Made by a program: the position numbers and the translations under genes
Shown: positions 24,692 through 36,201 of the stretch, in pieces
How positions within the stretch are numbered: position 1 is the first letter of the stretch
How the letters are laid out: each line of letters begins with the position of its first letter
Notes under the pieces: generated by a model
Seen by the model: the letters and a program-made list of their open reading frames with translations, nothing else
What the model was told of the DNA's origin: nothing
The model's database searches: none
Source of the DNA: Nageia nagi
Lineage: Eukaryota > Plantae > Pinophyta
Direction: 5' to 3'
NCBI GenBank assembly: GCA_050084985.1
Contig: JBITNC010000002.1
Span: 5,208,001 to 5,272,000 of the forward strand
DNA: 64,000 bases

Positions 24692-27124
24692 ATGGAGGGT
24701 GTCTTCCTGTCACGTCTAATTTTGGCACTCATTGTATTCAGCAACCTCATGAGAAGGAACGGAGCGGTGGAAGGCACAGATACTCTTTCTTTGGGTGCCT
24801 CTCTGAGGGGTAATCAGACTATTGTTTCACAAAATGGAACGTTTGAGTTGGGATTTTTTAACCTCAATGGAACCAATAACTGGTATCTCGGCATCTGGTA
24901 TGCTAAAAGCCCCAAGCCGGCCTACGTTTGGATGGCCAACAGAGAGAATCCCCTGAAAAACATGCCCGGTTTACTGAATTTATCGACAGAAGGTCAGCTT
25001 GGCTTGTTTGATGCAGAGGAAGCAACCCTGTGGTCTTCCAACGGGAAAAAGCCGGCATCTGCCGCTGTTTTACTGGATTCCGGTAATTTTATCATGCTGG
25101 GCGCTGAGAATAAATCTGAGTCTGTCTGGGAAAGCTTTGAGCATCCTGTGGACACATGGTTGCCCGGGATGAAAATTGGTGGAGAATCCAAGTTGATATC
25201 TTGGCGGAACTCCGTGGATCCGGCTCCCGGAAAATTCTCTTTCGAGATAGACCAATCGGGTGCATTACAGTTCGTTCTCCGTTGGAACGATTCCGTTCAG
25301 TACTGGGAGAGTGGCCTTTGGGACGGTAAAATCTTTGCTAACATTCCAGAGATGGCAAGCACTAGATATGTTTACAAAATGGAGAACACCACCTCCGGCG
25401 GTTATCTCAGTTATATTCCTACTGCCCCAGATGCCCTTCCTCGTTTCGTCATGGACAAGTCCGGATCACTTCTGCTGTATTCGCTGATTGATGGCAACCG
25501 ATGGGATATGTTCTGGTCTCGGCCCACGGATCAATGCGAGGTTTATGGTCTCTGCGGGGTTTATGGAACTTGCAATTCCAATAATATCGAATTCTGCAGC
25601 TGTTTGCAGGGATTCAAGCCCAGAGACGAGCAAGCCTGGGGTTCGCAAGAGTGGTGGACAAGTGGCTGTGTTCGTCGGAACCCAATCAACTGTGATGCCA
25701 AAATCAATAGTCCTGACCAGTTGATCGACCTGAATGTGTGGCTGCCGGATAATAACAACAACAACAACCACGATGATTCATACGCCGCGACATGGAATGA
25801 TTGTGAGAAATCATGCCTCGATAACTGCTCTTGCACTGCTTTCAAGTATCTGTCTAATGTCTGCCAAATCTGGAGAGGGGACTTACTAAACATACGCAAC
25901 TCTCGGCCGAAGAACGATTCAGCAGTCTTCCTTCGGGTGGCCGCATCTGAATTTGGAACCTCTTCTTCCTCCAAAGGTAGAAGAAGCAAAATAGCGTTGA
26001 TGGTTGGAGTTGTTGTTGGTTGCGCCATTTGTATGGTCATTTTGGTATGTTTAATCTGGCGGAGGCGGTGGATGAGATCGATAAAAGGGTACGCTGATTA
26101 TTTGGCTCTCAGGTTCCCCGTGGCTTCTTGTTGTAAGGGTCTAGAAGCTAACGAAGTTGATGCTACAACATCTATTCGGATGTTCACATACAAGGAGTTG
26201 CAGATTTCAACAAGAAGCTTCACACATAAATTGGGAAGCGGCGCATTCGGTTCGGTGTTCAGAGGAACTCTACCAGACGGTACACTTGTCGCCGTTAAAA
26301 AATTGCAAGGCGCAGGACAAGTAGACAAACAGTTCCGTGCTGAAATCAACACCGTGGGAAATATAAATCATGTGAATCTGATCAGGCTTCGGGGATTTTG
26401 CGCTGAGAAATCTCAAAGGTTACTGGTCTACGATTACATGCCCAATGGCTCCCTAAATACATTTTTATTTAAGAACAAGTCTAAAAACGCAGAGGAGTGG
26501 AAAACCCGGTTTGAGATAGCATTAGGGGTTGCACGGGGATTGGCTTATCTTCACGAGGAATGCAAAGAACGCATCATTCACTGCGATGTTAAACCCGAAA
26601 ACATTCTCCTGGATGGCAACTTCTGCCCAAAGTTGGCGGATTTCGGGCTAGCAAAGCTTGTGGGTAGAGATTTCAGCCGGGTGTTAACTACCACAAGAGG
26701 AACGAGAGGCTACTTGGCTCCAGAGTGGATCTCTGGCCTTCCCATCACTCCAAAAGTCGATGTGTACAGTTTTGGTATGACACTGCTGGAAATTATATCA
26801 GGGCGGAGGAACCTGGATTTGGATGCCCAAGAATCCAGTAAGTTTTATTTTCCCATGTGGGCGGCAACTCAAATCCAAAACGAAGAAATAATGAGGCTTG
26901 CTGACGGTAGGATAGCAAAGAGTGCAGAGAATGAAGAGGTGAGAAGAGCTGCTGTGGTTAGCATGCTATGTATTCAAGATGATGAGACAGTGAGGCCAAG
27001 CATGGGTCAAGTCCTCCTCATGTTGGAAGGGAAGACGGAACTCCATACACTGCAAATTGAGAAGTCTCTATTGACGCTCCTAAACCGACAAGGAAGAAAC
27101 CAGGATAGTGATAGCAGTTTTTGA
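24692..27124 (+). CDS. G-type lectin S-receptor-like Ser/Thr kinase (SD-2 class, non-RD), 810 aa, intronless
   Basis: Signal peptide; bulb lectin (GTFELGFF, WYLGIWY, VWMANRE, LLDSGNF, WESFEHPVDTWLPG); S-locus/EGF region (CEVYGLCGVYGTC); PAN (CEKSCLDNCSCTAF); TM helix; kinase with GSGAFGSV, VAVKKL, HCDVKPEN, DFG, GTRGYLAPEW. First ATG is at 24692; the ORF track starts at the preceding GTG. Confidence 0.97.
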   Translation: MEGVFLSRLILALIVFSNLMRRNGAVEGTDTLSLGASLRGNQTIVSQNGTFELGFFNLNGTNNWYLGIWYAKSPKPAYVWMANRENPLKNMPGLLNLSTEGQLGLFDAEEATLWSSNGKKPASAAVLLDSGNFIMLGAENKSESVWESFEHPVDTWLPGMKIGGESKLISWRNSVDPAPGKFSFEIDQSGALQFVLRWNDSVQYWESGLWDGKIFANIPEMASTRYVYKMENTTSGGYLSYIPTAPDALPRFVMDKSGSLLLYSLIDGNRWDMFWSRPTDQCEVYGLCGVYGTCNSNNIEFCSCLQGFKPRDEQAWGSQEWWTSGCVRRNPINCDAKINSPDQLIDLNVWLPDNNNNNNHDDSYAATWNDCEKSCLDNCSCTAFKYLSNVCQIWRGDLLNIRNSRPKNDSAVFLRVAASEFGTSSSSKGRRSKIALMVGVVVGCAICMVILVCLIWRRRWMRSIKGYADYLALRFPVASCCKGLEANEVDATTSIRMFTYKELQISTRSFTHKLGSGAFGSVFRGTLPDGTLVAVKKLQGAGQVDKQFRAEINTVGNINHVNLIRLRGFCAEKSQRLLVYDYMPNGSLNTFLFKNKSKNAEEWKTRFEIALGVARGLAYLHEECKERIIHCDVKPENILLDGNFCPKLADFGLAKLVGRDFSRVLTTTRGTRGYLAPEWISGLPITPKVDVYSFGMTLLEIISGRRNLDLDAQESSKFYFPMWAATQIQNEEIMRLADGRIAKSAENEEVRRAAVVSMLCIQDDETVRPSMGQVLLMLEGKTELHTLQIEKSLLTLLNRQGRNQDSDSSF

Positions 27125-27574
27125 AGGAAGTCGAATATTACAATTTGAAAGCCTCGTATATGTAATATGTGAAAAGTGATGAAATCGTAAATGACAATAA
27201 AACTAGCCATGACACCGCTGTGCGATGGTACGCCGAAGTTTTGTTTTTTTAATGTTGCAGTTATTTTAATGTAATAAAATGTTTGAGATAAATTGAATTT
27301 GAGATGTTGTTGTTGCAGCAAAGTATTTATTGGGAACTGCCATAATACAGTTACAATTTCCGGTTGTAATGATCATATATTATGAAATTGGTATTTTGAA
27401 GATATATAAATAGATGAAATTATAAAATGTAAAGGTTCATTGAAATTTTTTATTACATTCTCTTATCATTTGTCAAGATGGGAGTTTTAGAAGAAGTTTG
27501 AATGTTCATCAAGCGTAGAAGAAAAGCCTAAGGAATGATGCAAACAATTTTTTTTTTGGGCCTGCAATTATTGG

Positions 27575-27722
27575 AGTACCTGTTCGAAAGGGATATGTTG
27601 AAAGGGCATGTGTATTGTTTGGCAAGATGCACACCGGAAGCACATTATAATGGACAAAAATTATTGTAAAATACTCAATTTATGGTTACAAGAGAGATTT
27701 CTTTAAACTCTTTCATCTAATG
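27575..27722 (+). pseudogene. PPR gene fragment
   Basis: VRKGYVERACVLFGKMHTGSTL*WTKIIVKYSIYGYKRDFFKLFHLM fits the KCG.IE.A..LFDKM....SWT.MI.GY..HG....AL.LF.LM pattern. Confidence 0.65.
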
Positions 27723-29849
27723 ATATTTAGATCGATAGGCTGGCAGTCAATGGGTGACGGTGGAAGTCAAAATGGTGCATCATTCGGATCATAAATATTT
27801 GATCAATTATTTTGATTTTATTAAAATTTTAATACAAAGTTGACTATATTAGTTTTAATAAATATTTTGTATATATAGATAAAATATTTAATAAATTTCA
27901 AATCATAAAATAAAATTAATTAGAATTTAGCTATGTAACCATTTGTTATATCCAAGATAAATGTCTCGGAATTGTTATCTCTCAAGTGAAAGATATAGAA
28001 TTACTTTCAGTATATAAAGAGACAAATGTATATATTTACTTATGATATGTGAAATCAAAAAAGAAATTATAAGAAATTAATGAAGAGTACTCTAATTAAA
28101 TATTTGATATGTATAAGAATAGTTAAAAAAAAATTGATCAATAACCATTATAGTAATTAGAATAAAAGCAATGAAAAAAAATCACCTAAGACCATTGGCA
28201 TTATAAACTGAAAATAAATTAAAATTTAAATGCAACTATGTAGACAATAAACATTTTGGTATAGTGAGGCTATTTTTTTTTTTTTGTTTTGTTTTTGAAG
28301 AGATGAAGGCAATATTACATCAAATTGCATATCTTTGCCAACAACTTTAAATGAAAGTTCAATTTTGTAATTTGTTTATTAATGTTAGGAAATTTTTATT
28401 TTTCAATGTACATGTAATCAAAGTTTTAGGAGAACATAAATAACAAGGCTAAAATATTTTAGCAACAAAAATAAGTTATTTGTAATATTTACATCATATG
28501 TATATAATATTTTTTTAATGAATATTCATTTATTCATCCTATTATATAAGCATAAATTGATTAAAATAACTATTTACTCTTTAATATTTACTCATCCTAT
28601 TACTATTAGCTTTGCAATGAAATTTTGAATTATTAAATTTGATGTAACTAAATAAAAGTTCAACGAATAAAATACATTTAAATCAAATTCAAATAAAACA
28701 TTGACCAAGATTTATAATAAGACTATCAATGTTGACAAAGTATTGCTTAAGTCATCAAATTCTTATTTGATTGCCCTAATATTAGCAATGAAAAGTCAAA
28801 TTTCAATAGTACAATGATAATTGAATAAGCCTTTCATTTTACACAATAGATCCAATACAAAAGGAAGGAAAAAATTATATTTTTATAACTATGTAAGAAA
28901 GGTTTGAAATTTTTAATGTATTAATCTTCAAAATAATAATAATAATAATAAAATATATGTTAAGACATATAAATAACTACATTTTTTATGTTGCAATCTG
29001 TGTCTCGTGTTCCATTCCTAGTATAAGATATACATGTATGTCCCATAGATCAGTTGATCTCCAATAGACATTAATATAATTTACCTTTACCTTTATGCCT
29101 AATAAATAATTATCAAATAAATTACTATCATTCTTTTATCAAGAACATGTGATTGAAGATTCTTAGAACAAACAAACTCATACTCTTTAGAAAAACCTAT
29201 CATATAATATACTTTCTTAAAGCTAATCAAATATATTTGTTTTATGTGATTTTAAATTTACATGAAACTAAAGCTATAAGCCAAGTATGATGCACATTAT
29301 GATAGAAAGCATTTTGAAGTTAACATTAAAGATGATACCTTAGCTATAGTATTCCCCCTAAGGTAATTTAATGGAATATGGGCCCATCATCCATTTCCAC
29401 TTCCATGTACAAGTTGTTAGAAGGTAGAAGATGGAGGATGAACATAAAGTATCTCTTATTTTTATTTCATGAGCTAACATTTCTATAGGTAAGGAATGTT
29501 TAATTTTAATAAAAGTATTACTTATGATATAATAATTCATCTCTAATGTTATTCTATATAATAAATTATTAATATGTCAAACTTTAGCATGTTCATTGTA
29601 TTGTTAATTAAAGTACACATAGGATCAAAATGAAAAATGGTAGGATTGGTGCCACCTATAATCCTCATTAAGCCACATAGAAGAATACACTCCCTATATT
29701 GTCTATTATCCTGCATTCACATCATCAACTTCTTTATTCGTACATCCTAATGAATCCTGTAAATTATTTTTGCTTCTATTGGAGGATGGATTTTTAAGGT
29801 AATCCTAACCCATTACATTATGCAAGAGAGTACGTATTTAAGCTTATAA

Positions 29850-32800
29850 TCGAGGTTAAACCAGGGACCATCCAAAAAATAACAAAAATGGCTATCAAGA
29901 CATTAACCAAATCATCGAACTACTTTTAAAAACCTCCAATACACTAACCAAAATAACTTATACAACTTACGAAAATACAATATACTAACAAAGGAACTAC
30001 TCCTAACATCATCACATAACACCAACACTAAGTCATATAAGCAAAAATATCAACCCTTCTTATGCTCCTCGACCTCCATCTCACTCACGATTTTACCATA
30101 GGCTTCTAACATATGCATTGTTGGTCAAACTAATCCAAAGATGTTTCTACTACTGATGGTCTAAAGGTGGCCTTGCTCGATCATAATTGGGCCTTCCTTA
30201 CCTTTTACCATGAACTCCTCATGCTCTGATGCCTCTAACAAATCCTCCTCATCTATGCCTTGCTTCCCCTCTTGCACCAGCTCCTCTGGATCCTTGACCA
30301 ATCCCTCCTTTTTATCTAGAGGACCCTAAGTTACCATGAATTTCTCCATAGCCCTCTTTACATGTTAATCTCCTCTAGAATCACCTTTGATTTTGACTCC
30401 TCTATATAGATTGAACTTTTTTTTACTTTACAAGGCAGGTAATGCCTTTCCCTACCTTCAACTCTTGCAAGATACCAATCCTCATCTTCAAACTTGATCC
30501 TTCTCTTTTTCTCCATAGAAGAAGGATGCTTTTTATCTAAGGCTACTTGGACCAGAGGTGCCTCACTTGTAGTCCATTCAAAGCTCTTTGATATCCCTAT
30601 TTTCCTTATGATAAACTTAAACATCATCAAAATCAAACCCTGATGACACATATCATTACCATGGCTCTTTTGGAATTCCTTGATCTCTTTATCCAACTCT
30701 TTATAAAGAAAGGTCAGGATGTTCATCTTTGTGTCTTTCAAGTGATTCAAGAAACTAAAATAGAAACTTCATACCTAGAGGTCTATGGTATCTAGGGTGA
30801 TGAAATGCATAATGACCAAGGTGACTTTCCACCATGGATTTGGTAATGAAATTTGTGCTATCCCACCATGCTTCTCACGTTGTAATTTTGGTCCACCTTT
30901 ATAAAACTTAGCGATAAAATCCTTAGTAATTTGTAATCCATTCCAAAAGGGAGAGCCTGCTTTCAAATTATTCTCTTCGAGAAAAGATGAATTGGAGATG
31001 TATTTTTTAATTGATGATCTTTACCCAGGGCATGTCTTCTTTAATCGTTATTTTCTAGCCCAATTTTTCCAAAAGAGCCATGTTCATCTTCTTAAAGTTC
31101 TTAATGCCTAGGTCACCTTGTACAAAGGGGAGGTAGACCTTCTTTCATGCCACCAAGGCCATTCTTTTCTTCTCCTTAATACCTTTCCATAGAAAATATC
31201 TTTAAATTTTAATAATTTTTTCTTGGACCCCCATCGGTATTTTAAAGATAGACATAATAAATCAGTAAGCTCTGGAGGGCTAACTTGATCAATTGGAGCT
31301 TCCCTCCTAGCCTTAACAAAGCTCCCTTCCACCCCACCAACTTTCAAGAAAAAGCATTTAATGATCGAATCCCATAAGGCCTCATTCATGCATCCTTTAA
31401 AGAGTGGTATGCCTAAATAAGTAATAGGAATATCCCTAAGAAACATTCAAATATTCTAGAAACTCTTTGTTGTAACAATAACCCAATGTTGTAAAAGAAT
31501 AATTTACTCTTCTCAAAATTAATCTTTTGGCTTGCAGCTACTTCATAAATATCTTAAGAGTTTTTTAATTACCTTAGCTTGAGGAATGGAGGATTGCGTT
31601 GAAATTAGAGTGTCATCCACAAACTATTGATATGGAATTGGAGGTAACTTATCTGAAGGTTTAATGACATCAATCCTCCCATGTCGCGTAGCTTCCATAA
31701 TGCTTCTTCCTAAAGCTTCCATCAAAATGATTAAGAGGAAGGGGTATAATGGATCACCTTGGTGGAGTACCCTTTTTCTAGGAAAATAACCAGCTGCATC
31801 CCCATTGATAAGCACTGAGAAGGATACTGAAGAAATGTAAGCTTCAATTAAGGAAATCCAATCTTTTCTAAACCCAAAATAATATAAAAACTTAAGAAAA
31901 AAGTACCAATCAACCCTATCATATGCCTTACTAACATCCATCTTAAGTAGCATTCTTTCCTTTCTTGACTTTGCCACTGAATGGGAGACTTCATGGATAG
32001 CAATATTACCATATAGAATTTGTTGCTCTTGAATAAAAGCACCTTAATTAGGACTAATAATGATTGGAAGTATAGTTTTAAGATGATTTGCTAAAACTTT
32101 TGACATAATTTTGTAAAGAAAATCGTAGATACTAATGGGTCAAAACTTACTAAAAGAATTGGCTCTAGCCACCTTTTGAATTAGAGCAATGAAGGTGAAA
32201 TTTACATCTTTAGGCATTTGTTTAGTTGATTGGAAGGTTTGCATCACCTCCATAATATATTTACCTAAGATATCCCAAAACGATTGGAAGAAATAACCTA
32301 GGAAACCATCCGAACCAAGCACTTTAGAGCCCCCCATATCACACATTATTGCATGAATCTCCTTCTCAAACTTACTGCTAAGAAAGTTATTAAGCTAGTA
32401 CATCATCAAATTAGGGATTTTATTGAGAAGTTTTTCAACTGCTCATTGTTGGGAGGTAGACTATTTTCCTAATATATCAAGGAAGAAGGATACCCCCTCC
32501 TCTTTAATTCTCTTTAGGTCCTTAGTGGTGAAGCCTTTTGCACATTATATTTCCTTTATGGAGCTATGACTCTTATGCCTTAAGGTTTAAACATTAAAGA
32601 ACTTAGTGTTCCTATCCCATTCCTTTAGCCATTTGATTCTAGATTTTCGCTTCCACATAATCTCTTCCTGTTTAAGATTATTATGCAATTACCCCCAAAA
32701 CATCCCTTTCCTCAGCTCGAACCTCCTCCGTATAGCCATGAACCTGAATATGATGCACCAAGGTATTTATTTAATTTTGAACATTCACATTCCTTGCGAG

Positions 32801-34499
32801 TAACAGTCTAAATCTTCTAAATCTTGAGATTATGCTTGATTAGGACAATTTCTTGGTAATTTGGGTTAGGGGCGATCTCATGAAGCTTTGCTTCCATCAA
32901 TTTTTAATATTTTCTTCAAGACTATCATGGGTCAACCACATCTTTTCAAAGCAAAAGGGGGCATTGAATTGGCATCTTTGATCATGGGTATCCCACAGTA
33001 AAGGGTTGTGATCAAAGCCAATTTTGGGTTACCTTGTAAGAGTAGATTCCTTGAACTTAGTGATACAATCTTGGGAAATGATCACTATATCTATCCTTTC
33101 ATGTATATGAAACTTCCCACATATTCCATTGGTCTACATAAATTTGGTTCTTCTAAGCTCCATGTCCATCAGATTATTCTAATTGATAAAAGCAACAAAG
33201 TCTCTCATGCTATCTGTAAATCCTTCCACCCTCTCATTTATCAAAAGGGTATAAAGAAGAGTTAAAATCCCTTACAAGAATACAACTAATCCCCATAAAG
33301 GCCTCCTGAATTTGGTTTAAAGAGGATCACATAATTTTCCTCCTAGCACACATGGTTGGAACATACACATTTGTAATAATAAATAAGTCCTTAGTATCTA
33401 AGGAGGTGAAAAGAATAGAGTAGAAGTTAGAGCTATAGAAAATTACCCTACCTTTGAACTTGTTATTGTCCTAAAGGCACATGATGCCCCTCAAATTACC
33501 TTTGGCATGAAGAGGTACATATTTATCCTCCATCCATAGAATATTTTTTATAGAAGGAGCCTTTCCTTTAATAATTTTCATTTCTCGAAGCAAGATAATC
33601 TTCGATGTCAAATATTTTTTCAAAAAAATTAAACTTTTGTATCTTTTGGGAGCACAGACCCCTCTTAGATTCCAAGTTAGGATTATCATTACTTCAAGGA
33701 TTTCTTCTTTACATCGAAAAGGGTAGTGTGAGCTCCATTAGCTATGTTCCACTTTGGTTTCCTGATACCTCACCACTCCTTTTGAGGGTCTTCCTGGTTG
33801 TTCCTTCCCAACATTTCCTTCTTGTTTCTTCTTTTGGTTTCATGTTCAACCTGGAGTGGTTAAATTTATCTCCTCTTAAGAATATAAAACTTTCATCTCA
33901 TCCTAAAACTTCCCAACTGGGGATGGGAAAAGAGGAGGAGTGTGCTCCAAATGATCCACCATAGTTTATCCACCCCCTTCCAAATGGCCTACTTTCAGTT
34001 GAGATTTGGGTACCTACTCCAAAACTTCACTTGGTTTTTATGCATACTCTTCTATTTGAGAGACCATTTCTATTTACAGTCATATTTCCACCTCCATCAA
34101 CAACGAAACCTCCTCACTCTCCTTTTCATCTTGGTGGATCAATGCAACATGATCTTACACCTTATCCTTCTCTTCTAGAATAGCCATCATAATTTCCATT
34201 GTCAAAGATTAGGAACCTACCAGATGTTCCATCGCCCTCCTATAGGCGGACACTTGAGGCTCAACCACATCCAAACTAGAGAAATCATTATGCATGGGGA
34301 TTGAGTTATCGACCTTTTCCCCATATGGCCCAAGGTTTCACCTCTTTCTTATCTAGGACCTTTCCTTGCTTATTGTAACTTCTTTTTCTACTTTTCTTGG
34401 TGTTTCATTGGATACCATGATGAGGGATGACTCTTCTATTTGCATGACTCATAGATTTGTGGAGGATTTTCATACTTGATAGGTTGGTTCCATTTGCCC
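29850..34499 (-). mobile_element. Decayed L1-clade LINE: ORF1 tail, endonuclease, RT and an extra 3' ORF; 5'-truncated at the inverted repeat
   Basis: Endonuclease start MIILTWNLRG (33689); GSDGFLGYFFQSFWDIL; LKMDVSKAYDRVDW; LHQGDPLYPFL; FVDDTL (~31610-31625); PITYLGIPLF; GSPFWNGL. The 3' boundary is approximate. Confidence 0.9.
30050..30925 (-). pseudogene. Additional ORF remnant 3' of LINE ORF2, same strand
   Basis: LPNPWWKVTLVIMHFITLD...NHLKDTKMNILTFLYKELDKEI...MCHQGLILMMFKFI followed by a charged, Glu-rich tail. I cannot match it to zf-RVT or RNase H. Confidence 0.55.
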
Positions 34500-36201
34500 A
34501 AATAACTAAATTATAATAATTAGAGAAGTCATAATTATATTCAAATAATGTAATATAATCAAAAGAAAAAAGAATATGATATAACAATTTTTTCAAATTG
34601 GAGTTGAAAATTGCTATTATATATGTAATTAACTACAAAATGGGTCTATTCTTATATTTATTTCAACTATCATTGAAATAATGCAATGAATATCTTAAAA
34701 CTTTCCTATTGAACTTATGCAGTAAGAGGATCTTGGACTTTATCTCTACCATTAGAATGATCTCATCAGTAAAAAATTAAATTGATAACTTAGTGAATAT
34801 TTTGGACTCCTAACTTTTGTTTTTTTGAATTTATAGGGATTCCACTTAAACTTTAATAGCCCAAATTTGAATTAATTTTTAATTATTTAAGATCAAATAT
34901 GAGCCCATTTAAAGAAATTTTAAGAAATGTAATTTAAATAGCCTTGAGTACTTAGAAATAATATTTTCCCTCTTAAGCCTTGAAATTATAAATAAAAATT
35001 ATATCATTGACTAAATAGCCACCAATACCTGATATAGTTATTAGCAACATCCAATAAATAGTACACATTACAAATTCTTTCATACTACAGAAAATACCTG
35101 ATGACTTATGGTTGTGCATGATGAACAGATGAGCCAAGGACCACTTTAGTTATAGAAGACCATAACAATCTATTCAATCAAAAGATTTGAACCAATTGCC
35201 AAATTAGTGATGATTTATCGAGTAAATAAGATAATTCATCACATTTGAAATAAGAAAACCCAAAGAAAAAAGTATATACTAGTATATCATATTGGGGATA
35301 TACAATATACCATAAATTATTATATTTAATGAGAATTATTATTCACTCATATAATTAAGGAATTTAAAAGTGTCTTTCATTTATGCATGATAACAAGATA
35401 GAGTGGTATGTTACTATGTTATAGTAAACTAGACGATTCCTCATATTTAAGGATGACCTAGACCTAAGTTTCAAATGATTAGTGAAGTTCTTGACCTAAT
35501 GATTCATCAAGTTATCATAGGTTTTAAATGATCTATGAAGTTATTAACCTAATTGTTCATTAGTTTTCATAGGTTTTAGACAATCTTCCATGAGATTTTT
35601 TCTAATATCGACTTATCCACATGCATGTCTATCACATAAATTCAACAACCAATCATTAAGATTTTGACTATATGGTTAAACAAAACATGATCTGTGCATG
35701 GAATATAATAATTTTGGATTACCAAAAATACAACTTACCTTAAAAAATATTAACATTATCTCATCTGATGAAATGATGATAACAATATTCCAACTAAATC
35801 AATTTTACTTTTCAACCTCCTCAACATGTTTGCAGTAGATTCTACAAATATCAAGATTTTTAGAAGCATATTATACCATTTGTTCATGTTGTAAATTTCA
35901 TAATAGATGTGTATACAATATGTGGAAATATATAGAAGGCTCACAAATTATTTAACTAGATACACAATGTAGATGTGGTTTCACATACTGCATGGATCTC
36001 AAGTCATAACAATTTTCCACTGGTAAATGAAACTCTCTACCATCAGTTGATTGAAGGGTTAATTTACTTTTCTTATACCAATTTAGATATATTTTTTATG
36101 TTGTTAACTATATTTCTAGGTTTATGTATGAACCAAATAAAGTACATTGGATAACGGCTAAATAAATGTTGAGATACATCTATGGTACATATAGTTATGG
36201 T
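34500..36201 (-). repeat. Long inverted repeat, right arm
   Basis: Reverse complement of 21180-22932. A short local duplication of the outer end follows at ~36202-36273. Confidence 0.9.

Noticed and set aside
24520-27321. Several antisense or alternate-frame ORFs over the kinase gene
   Set aside because: Shadow ORFs expected from GC-richer coding sequence, with no independent motifs.
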